From assembly GCF_009914755.1 (NCBI RefSeq), contig NC_060932.1: DNA of 64,000 nucleotides. The stretch is one strand, 5' to 3'. This stretch comes from the human T2T-CHM13v2.0 reference genome, Homo sapiens. Numbering within the stretch: the stretch's first letter is position 1; each line of letters begins with the position of its first letter. Positions 54,248-64,000 of this stretch are shown piece after piece. The translations under genes were made by a program, and so were the position numbers. The notes beneath the pieces were generated by a model that worked only from the letters and a program-made list of their open reading frames with translations, made no database searches and was not told where the DNA came from.

Positions 54248-55899
54248 TTTTTGTAGAAAATTGAAGCTGACCACTCTCTTCTGTCTCCTCCATCAGAGAG
54301 GAGAGCTCTTGTGCTAGCTATAGATGATAAAGGAAGTTACTTTTATTTATTTATTTATTTATTTATTGCACATTGGAAGAACTCTCAGAAATAGGTGTGG
54401 ATTTAAAAAAAGCATTCATTGCAGAACTCAGGTGTGTAGAATGCTTATTTCTGACAATAAAACACTTTGGGGTTTGTAACATTGAATTTTAAAATCTTTA
54501 TATCTTTAAAAAGTCCCTGTATAGTACTGTTACTTCTCTAAGGCCACTTCCACTCAATATTATCAATTTCTTTCCAAAGGAGCAATTAGTGGCAAAAAAG
54601 AGGTGGGTACTAGAGATTTAATGTTTCCGAAACCAGACAACAAGAGGAGGGGCCAGCTGCAAATGGGAAGCGTATTCTACCAGATTATCACTGGGGTAAA
54701 CAGCACATATTCCTTAAGGTCAAGCAAGTACAGAATCTCAAGCGTGAATAATTAATAAGGATGTACAAGATGTCACAACTCACATTCCCTGGATTTGCTA
54801 AGATACAGATAAATTGGAATCTGACATAAACAAATTGTGTTTAATAACCCTTAAAAACGTGATCCCTGAAGCATTCTGCACTGCTTCAGTTGCCCCTTGT
54901 CCAACTCCTTCTATCTTAATTTATCGTTGACAAGGACTAGTAACAAAAAAGTGCTTGAACTTAAGTAATAAAATCAGTTATAAAACCACTTACTTTATCA
55001 CATATTTAATGTGCTTTCCTACCACTTTTTTTTATAACTTTCTAATCTCTCTATTTAGGGAAGATACATAAAGTATCATTTAATTTCAGCTGAGAGAGCG
55101 TCTTCCAGAGCCAACCCTGGCATCAGCATCATGGCATGAATCATCCTTGCTAACTTTCTTGCTTAAGTGAAAGAGTTGGGTGATAGAAACCAGCCTCCCA
55201 TAGACCAGAAAAATAAAATGCCCTCTGAGACCTCAAAAGCAGAAATTCCCAAGATGAGACATAGTTCTTTCATGGGCAAAATTATGAAGCCAGGGAGAAA
55301 TTATATTGTTATATAATTTTGTGTTCCTCCAAATTTTTATCCACCATTTCTTCTTGGGGGCATCTTCAAAGTGCTCCATTAGTGCCTGGCAAATATTATT
55401 CATCTGCCTTTTTCAGATTATCCAAATATATTATTTTGTCGAGGATAGATATTTCTAGTTAGAGCTCAACTGTACATGTCTCACAACTAAAGAAGATAAA
55501 ACATGAGTACTATAAGTTACTCCAAAGGAATATAATACAAATAATCCTCCTACATCCCCCCAAAAGGAAAGCATTACCAGAACTCAAGGTAGCATTCAGT
55601 TTAAGTGGGTCCAAATTTTTTCAGCAACTCTCTAATTTACCTGGAGTTAAATGATGTCTTTGGTGTGTGTCTTTCACAGTGTTCTGTGTGTATATGTGTA
55701 ACAAAATAATACTAAGAACACATTTCTCCAGAGACTTGACACAACATCCAAAAAATATATACATATTTCTTTTTTTAATCTCAAGTAATTTGCTTAGATA
55801 TTAAGAAAAATGATGGGACTAAAAGTAGGGGTAGGGGATAAGGAGAAATTACGTTTACAAGTTATTAACCATTGAGTATAAATACTACATTAAAAATTA

Positions 55900-58800
55900 A
55901 TATTTTCTGATAAAGTTGAAATTTCCAGTCACTGAGAAAATGATGCATTATTCACTAAATGGTATTGGAACAAATTACAATCATCTGTATGACAAATTAA
56001 AGGAGTTCATATATTATACAGCACCAAAATAAATTTCATATGAATTACAGATTTAAATATAAAAAATAAAACCATAAAATATTAACAGAAAATAGGAGTG
56101 TTGATTTATGTAATCATGTGTGTAGAAGGCCTTTGTAAAGATTTTGCCAAAAGCAGAAAGCATTAAAAAAGATATTATTAAACTTGATCACATAAAATTT
56201 AGAACTTATGTATATTAAAGATCCACTGTAAAAAAAATAAAGCAATATGGAAAATTTAGGAAAAAATATTTCCAACTTATGATAGAAACAGAATTGAGGT
56301 ACTAAAATCCTCTCACAAACAAATTAGAAAAACAAAACAGCTAGCAAAAAAAGTTACCAATGAAATGAAAAAGCACTTCACAAAAACTAAAATCAGCTAC
56401 TCCACAGCATATAAAAAATGTACAAAGCACTAGTAATCAAGGAAATGCACATTAAAACAATAATGAGATGCTCTTATTTATCCATCAAATTGGGCTAAAG
56501 ATTTTTTTGAAGCTAAAATCCTGGAGATTGGCAAGTATTCAGAAAAATGGTCCCTCTGAGAAATATAAATTGTTGGGAATATGAATGAAAAGACTTAGAA
56601 TTATTCTTACCCTTTTCCCAGTGCTCTCACTCCTGGAAATTATCCTAAAGAACTAGGCATGAATGGCAATTTAATAATACATATCAGAGAATCACAGAGC
56701 AGACTGACTCATTCACCTCCATTGCAACTATCTGTCAATGAATATAGACCTACATAACCAATTTTAACGGCTTTATAATACTGCATTGAGGGAATGTATA
56801 ATTTATGTGTTCATTGCCATTCTGACAGACATTGAGGATGTTTCAAGATGTTACTTTTGTTTAAAAATATTCCAAAAACATCCTACTAAATATATCTTTG
56901 TATGCATCCCCAATTTGTTTTTTAAGATTAATTCCTAGGTGTAGAATTACTGAGTCAAAGTGTGCCCATTTAAATTTAAGTATGGTGTTAAAAAGCTGTA
57001 ACAATTTATTCCCTCCAGCATTATACAGGTGCCATTTTTCACACTCTTCCTTCAGAGAATGTTAACAATCCTTTCCAGCATTATCTTTCTTATTGGTAAA
57101 AATTAATATCTCCTAGCTTTATTTGGTAACTCTTTTTTGTACATAATAGAGAATGAATTTGCCCATTTTCCTATTTGTTATGTTAACCATTTTAAAACAA
57201 TCTTGTTATATCAAGAATATTATTTTTTTCTACCTATACATTGCAAATAGGTTCTCCAAATACAGTTACCTTTAAACTTTGCTAACATTGATTTTTTTCC
57301 CAGTATAAAAATGTTTAATTTCTACATAGTTATATCTTTAAACTTTTCCTTTATGGTTTCTATACTTGATGTAATTTCCAGAAAGTCCTTCCCACTTGGC
57401 ATAAATAATAGAAATATTCATTATATTCACTTTTAAAAATATTTTATGAAAAATTTCAGATATATATGAAAATGAAGAGAATAACACATAGACCGATCCC
57501 AAGGTCCAGACTTAACCAAACATTGGCAACTCTCGCTTTATTTATCCCTGTTTCTATTTTAACAGTTTTTCTTTACCGAGGTATTTTGAAGCAAATTCCT
57601 GACATTATACCATCCCTATGTCATTCACGGTTCATCTCTAAAAATAATTCTTACAAATCCACAATGACATTTTCACAGCTAACAAAATTAACAATTTTTG
57701 GTATCATTTATCCCAACTATAATCAAATTTACCAAGTTGACTAAAAGGTGTCTTTTTATAGCTGTTGGTTTGAATCAGTATCTAAGCAAGTCCCACACAC
57801 TACTTCGGATTTCATGTGTCTTAGATCTCTTTTAATATAAGAAAGTCCTCTTCTTTTATTTTTCTTTTTGCTATTGAATTGTGGCAGAGGCCAGATTAAT
57901 GATCCTTAAAAAATGTTTCCATTTTTCAGATGTAGCTGTCTACTTCCTTAGGGTTTCATTTAACTTATTCCTCTATCCCATAATTCTCGTAAATAGAAGT
58001 TAGCTCTAGAAGCTAAATTAGACTTGAGTTTAGTGCGTGTGCACGCGCACGTGTGTGTGCATGTGTGTTTTACAAGAACACCTCATAGGTGTTACTGTGG
58101 GCTCCATATAGTCTCATATCTGAATCAAACATCTGATTGTCCCACTTAATGATGGAAAGACAGATCAAAGGATTGATTTAGTTTTCTCATGAACTAGAGC
58201 TATTGATTGCCCTGAATTTTCCTCTTTTAATGGCAAATTTCAGAGTAAGAATGAGGCACTTAGTTACTTCAAGGTGTGTCCAATGACTGTACTTTATTTT
58301 TATTTTTTGCATTATGAAACTATGGTTTTCATATATTCAATGTGTGAGTCATTTGTTCTTTTTTTTTTTTTTTTGATGCTCAAATGGTGCCATTTTGGCC
58401 AATTTGGACTTTTCATGTTGGCTCCAATGTCATTTGACATAAAATTAATAAGTTTTTAAGTAAATGTTAGTTTCAGAATAGTTTTACATTTATAGAAAAG
58501 TTTCAAAGATAATACAGAATTCCCATGTATAACCCACACCCATTTTCTCCTGTTATTAACATCTTACATTAGTATGGTACGTTTGTCACAATGAGCCAAT
58601 GTTGATTGTTATTAACTGAAGTCCCTTCTTTATTCATAATTCCTTAGTTTTTACCTAATGTCCATTTTATGTTGCAAGATTCTATCCAAAACACCATATT
58701 GCATTAGTTGTTGTGTCTTCTTAGATTCCTTTTGTCTGTGACAGTTTCTCAAACATTCTTGGTTATTAACAGTTTTCAATATCTGAGATTCCATCTTGTA

Positions 58801-59140
58801 TTTCTCCTGCTCCAGACTTGTAATTAGTCATTTATCAAAGTACCCTGATTTCTTTAAGTAGAGAATCATATTTAAAGACTACAAACTGGAGAAGTGTGCT
58901 CATTGTTATGACATTGTCATTGCATTTAAGCTTTTTCAGCAAGCATAACTAAAAATACATATTTTGGGGTAAAAGCAAATTTATACTGATATTTCCAAAG
59001 CAAAGTTAACATTATAAAATTTTTACTTAAATTATTTCACTTTATACTTTTATTTTAGAGTAAAAATCCTAACTCCTAACATCATAGATATAATTACTTA
59101 TTAGTATTATTTTATGATGTATAAAAAACAGTCTCAAAAC
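55900..59140. mobile_element. Cluster of ancient L1ME/L1MC/L1MB fragments (+ about 55900-56700, then mostly -)
   Basis: ctagtaatcaaggaaatgcacattaaaac on +. On -, gaattactgagtcaaag and L1MC/MB 3' end tagttttacatttatagaaaag...acattagtatggtac. Confidence 0.6.
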
Positions 59141-59149
59141 AATACCAAT

Positions 59150-59476
<327 letters not shown>

Positions 59477-60639
59477 TTAGACTACTAAATGGAGTTTAGG
59501 GTTTCTTGGCAATTTTTTTCTTTTGAAATATATTCCAATAAATATGTATAATCAAAATACTTTATTCTAAACTCAATTGAAAGAACACTCCTCTCTCTGA
59601 TATAAATTTAGGTTTATTTATTTCCATTTTCATGGCTTTTTTATTAAGTTAATTTTATGATTATGCAACACATATGTTTCCAAAGCCATTTACAAAATAT
59701 ATATGTATAATTATTTTTAAAATGCCCTTTTTAGAAATAAAGGTTTTAAATTATTTTCCTAATATATGTCATTTAGTGGCTTTGATGATTATGTTGGATT
59801 TTTAGCTTTTACATGAGTTTATCAGTTAGTTCCAAATATGTCAGATCAACTAACTTTATTTGCTACTTCAGTTATGGCCTGATCCACCTGCAGGTATGTC
59901 TCCAGACCAATGACAGTTTTAATATACAAATTCTTAAAGGAACCAAAATATCATATAGAGCAAATTAATGTACTATAGTAATATAATTGTCACAAAAGAA
60001 TCTTCAAAAAAGTTAGAACGGTACTTTTTAAAGCTATCAATGGTACATATAAAGATTAATTTATTTTAGAAAGTAACTTACCTAGTTGGAAACAGATCAA
60101 TGAAATGATCCTTAAATTTCTTCCTGTAAGGCCTAAATTGACATTGTTAATCAAGGAGACAGAGTCAGCTTTGAAAAATCAAGGAATCATTATGCCTAAT
60201 AAACTGAAGTAAAAATTACTAGTTGTTCAACATTAACTTTTCCTAAACTCAAATGTATTTTTATAAACTAATATAAATAATGTTTATGTTACAATTTTAA
60301 CTGGTTTTCATTTTTATAACTGGTAGACTAAACCTTCCTTAAAGTTTTAGAAGTAAAACAAAGGCTCAATTGAATTTGTGAGAATAAAAAACGTTTTTCC
60401 TAATAGTCGTAGAATAAAATAGATTAGTTACCAGGTGTTTATTGTGCCAATGTAAATTGTAATTTACCAAAGGAAAATACATAATTTTCTTGGTCTTGCA
60501 AAAAAAGTTCTCTTGAAAGAACTCTTTCCAATAAGTAAAACCTCCAAATTACCAGTAAAAATAAATAAATAAATTAATTAAATAAAATAAAATTAATTTT
60601 AATTTTTTTTTTTTTTTCAGAGACAGAGTCTCTGAAAAT

Positions 60640-61022
60640 GTGTGGATGCCAAAACAAAGTTACAAAAAACATGAAGAAATGAGGAAATGGCCCAATAAAA
60701 GGAACAAAATAAATCTCCAAAAGCTGACCCTAAAGAGGAAGCATATTACATTGAAAAAGAGTGAAAAAAGCCTGAGGAACTTAGGGGATACTCTCAAGAG
60801 GATCAATATTCATATGATGGGATGCCTAGAAGAAAAGACAGAGAAAGTGGCAGAAAATTTATTTAAAAAAATAACGACCAGAAACATCACAAATCTGGGG
60901 AAGGAAATAGCCGTCCAGATTCAAGAAGCCCAACAAGTACAAAATGAGTTAAATGTTAAGAAATCTACAATGAGACACATTATAATCAAATTGTCAAAAG
61001 TCTAAAGACAGAATTTTGAAAG

Positions 61023-61072
<50 letters not shown>

Positions 61073-61610
61073 TTCATCACATACAAGGGAACTTCATAAG
61101 ATGGTCAGTGGATTTTTTTTAAGCAGAAACCTCCAGGCCAGAAGAGAATGAGATGATATATTCAAAGTGCTGAAAGAAAAAAGCTGCCAACCATGAATAC
61201 TGTATCTGGCAAAACCTTCCTCCAAAAATGAAGGAGAAGAAGACTTTCCCAGAAAAGCAAAAGCAAGGGAGGTCATCATCACTAGACCTACCTTATAAGA
61301 AATGCTAAATTTAGCCCATCAAGGTGAAATAAGATGATCAAAGAAGGACAAATATTACATGAATACATTTATATGAGGCATCTGAAGTAGTAAAACTCGT
61401 TGAAGCAGAAAGTAGAATGGTGGTTGCCAGGGGCTGGGGGAAAGGGGAAGTGGTGAGTTGCTGTTCAATGAGTATAAAGTTTCACTCATGGAAGACAAAA
61501 AAGTTCTAGAGATCTGCTGTGCAATAATGGGCTTATACTAAACGATACTGTACTGTTCACTTTTAAAAGTTGCTAAGAGGGTAGATCTCATGCTCTAATT
61601 TAAAAACCGT
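60640..61610 (+). mobile_element. Old L1 ORF1 remnant joined to an L1MB-type 3' end
   Basis: ORF1-like SLRNLGDTLKRINIHMMG...QIQEAQ...RHIIIKLSKV. 3' UTR agtagaatggtggttgccaggggctgg. Confidence 0.75.
61027..61070 (+). repeat. Pure poly(A), 44 nt
   Basis: Counted directly. Confidence 0.95.
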
Positions 61611-61829
61611 AAAGTGAAAGTACAAATTCTTTAATGTTAAATTTACACTGGAAGTGTCAATATGAATTCATGATAGTTTTCATTTTTCAAAAGTACATAT
61701 TTCCTTGCCCTGTTCATTAAAAATATCTAAAAGCGATGGAAATCTATATGCTCTACATCCCATTCTTCTTCTTGCTTTTTTCACTTAATATATGCAAGAG
61801 ATCATTCTATCTTAGCCTATGGATGTTAT

Positions 61830-62770
61830 ATTGAGTTACAATTTATAAACCATAAACTTGACCCACTTTAAATATACAATTGGATGATTTTTAGTAAATT
61901 ACTAAGTTGCACATTCTTAATCCAGTTTTAGGACATTTTCATCACCCAATAAGATCTCTAATTCCCTTTTACAGTTAATCCATTTTGCCATCCCCAGTCC
62001 CACTAATCGATTTTCTGTCTCTATAAATTTGCCTTTGACATCTGCATAGTGTTCAACTGTACAGATGAATAATAATTTATTCAACCAGTCCTCTCTTGGC
62101 AGACATTAATTTCTTATATTTTGCTACTACAAATAATAACAGAGTGAATAACTTTAAATCATTTCATTTCATGTGAACAAATTATTTCATATTTTTACCA
62201 TATTATACCTAAATGTATGTTAAGGTAGATTCTTAGAAATGAAATTGCTAAGTAAAGGATAAATGTATATGTAATTTTGCTACCTGTTACCGAATTCCTC
62301 TCCATAGAAGTTGTTTTATTTGCATTCTCAATAACAATATATAACAGAGTGTCTGTTTCCTCACAGTCTTATCAATTGAGAAGGCAGTGAACTTTGAATT
62401 TTGTCAGTCTGCAATGTAAGAAGCATATCCTGGAGAATTTTAGTTTGCATTGCTGTTATATTAAGTATATTTGAGTACATTTTTGTGTGTTTAAGAGTCA
62501 TTTTCATGTCTTCTGTGAAATATTTGCTCATATATTTTGCCCATTTTGCTGTAGGATTGTCGATCTCTTTTTCCATCTTGGGAATTTTTAAATATTAGAT
62601 TTTTTTTGGTAAAAAATGCATACATGTATTTCCCTTGTGCTGTTTTCCTTTTGTTTTTGCCATGCATAGAATTTTTAACATATCATATTATATATTGATA
62701 TTTTCTCCATGACTTCTGAATTTTGAGACAGTTTTTTTTCTACTTAAAGATTATAAAGCTATTCATCCAT
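61830..62770 (-). mobile_element. L1MB/L1ME fragments
   Basis: tttaaatatacaatt.gatgatttttagtaaatt and tttagtttgcatt...tcttctgtgaaatatttgctcata. Confidence 0.65.
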
Positions 62771-62870
62771 GTTTCCTTCTTGTTCTTTAATGCCACAACA
62801 ATACCTGATGTTAGCAGGACTTAGTGCTTCATTTAGTAAGAAACTGTCTTTCGTGCTAAGAAATACATAT

Positions 62871-63193
62871 TTCTTTCTTTTTTCTTTTCCTTTTTTTTTT
62901 TTTTTTGAGACAGGGTCTTGCTCTGCTGTCATCCAGGCTGGAGAGCGATGGCATGATCACAGCTCACTGCGGCCTTGACCACCTCGGGCTCAGGTGATTG
63001 TCCCACAGCAGCCTCCTGAGCAGCTGGGACTACAGGCACAAATCATTACTCCCAGCTAACATTTCTGTATTTTCAGTAGAAACAGGGTTTCGCCATATTG
63101 GCCAGGCTGGTCTTGAACTCCTGGCATCAAGCAATCCACCCACCTTGGCCTCCCAAAGTGCAGGGATTACAGGCATGAGCACCATGCACTGCC
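62871..63193 (-). mobile_element. AluJ
   Basis: gagacagggtcttgctctg...atcacagctcactgc...caagcaatccacccaccttggcctcccaaagtg. Confidence 0.9.
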
Positions 63194-63220
63194 ATATTTC
63201 ATATTTTAAAAGAACCAATT

Positions 63221-63633
63221 TGATACGGTTTGGATCTGTGTCCCTGCCCAAATCTCATGTGACAGTGTAATCCCCAATGTTGGAGGTGGGGCCTGGTGGG
63301 AGGTGATTGGATCATGGGGGTAGATCTTTCCTGAATGGTTTAACACCACCCCCTCGGTGCTGTTCTTATGATAGTGAGTTCTCATGAGATTTGTTTAAAA
63401 GTGTGTAACACCTTCCTCCTCCCTCTCTCTCTCTTACGCCTACTCCTGCCATGTAAGTAGTGCCTGCTCCCTCTCCTGCTTCCTCCATGATGTATTTCCT
63501 GAAGCCTCCCCAGGAGCCAAGCCAGCTTCATGCTTCCTGTACAGCCTACAGAACAGTGAGCCAATAAAACCTATTTTATTTATAAATTATCCAGTCTCAG
63601 GTATTTATAGCAATGCAAGAATGGACTGATAAA
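63221..63633 (+). mobile_element. MSTA-like solo LTR
   Basis: tgatacggtttggatctgtgtccc...tagcaatgcaagaatggactgataaa. TSD-like caatt/ctatt. Confidence 0.9.
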
Positions 63634-63639
63634 CTATTA

Positions 63640-64000
63640 ATTCTTATTTTATTGAATTTTTTAAAATGAGAAATAGGTGTTTAATATTGTCTAATGTATT
63701 TACCATATTCATGGAGATGATTATATTAACCATCTTTATATTTTTCAGTGAACTACACTTGGATATTATGTACTTTTTTAATATGCTGATAGATTCTATT
63801 TATTATTGCTTTTGAGATTTTTTGATCAACATTAGTAAGTATGATATATTGGTTTATTTTTTTACAATCATTATCAGAGGTTGATATGAATATCATGTTT
63901 ATAGAACTAGAAATCTGGAAGTTTCCCTTCTTTTTCTATCTGGAGCACTTTAAGAAAAGTTGGTATCTAAACTTTAAAAGCTTGGTAGAATTCCCTATGA
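63640..64000 (-). mobile_element. Old L1 ORF2 fragment
   Basis: tttgagattttttgatcaac...aaaagcttggtagaattccc. Confidence 0.6.

Noticed and set aside
54866-54945. Two adjacent small hairpins followed by ACA (H/ACA snoRNA-like)
   Set aside because: Stems are only 8-10 bp, there is no ANANNA hinge, and the total length is too short.

Overview
Primate (probably human) AT-rich, repeat-dense non-coding DNA, intergenic or deep intronic. I cannot support any intact protein-coding gene, structural RNA gene, CpG island or CRISPR array. The long ORFs are decayed LINE-1 ORF1/ORF2, Alu-derived, an ERVL pol relic, or low-complexity artefacts. The window is mostly nested retroelements: two L1PA7/8-like copies, older L1PB/L1MA/L1M/L1ME pieces, about 13 Alus, THE1/MST/MLT1 MaLR LTRs, and MER57, LTR47, MER77, MER21 and LTR16/33 LTRs, plus MIR, L2 and hAT MITEs. 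Subfamily names come from my memory of consensus sequences and are approximate. The most interesting signals are structural. (1) A minus-strand L1PA at 47.3-48.5 kb carries a 95-bp 3' transduction inside a 12-bp TSD. (2) Two TSD-less fragments of that same L1 lineage lie 1.5 kb upstream (inverted, fused to 15 bp of the L1's flank) and 2 kb downstream. (3) An L1PA at 2.8 kb has an inverted self-templated patch at its 5' junction and an apparent multi-kb host deletion. (4) A 96-bp templated duplication preserves the empty pre-insertion site of a MER57 LTR. (5) An unassigned ~95-bp inverted repeat at 32.3-32.7 kb has a nested hairpin. (6) Several small fold-back repair scars. These point to locally templated repair and complex retrotransposition rather than a new gene system.
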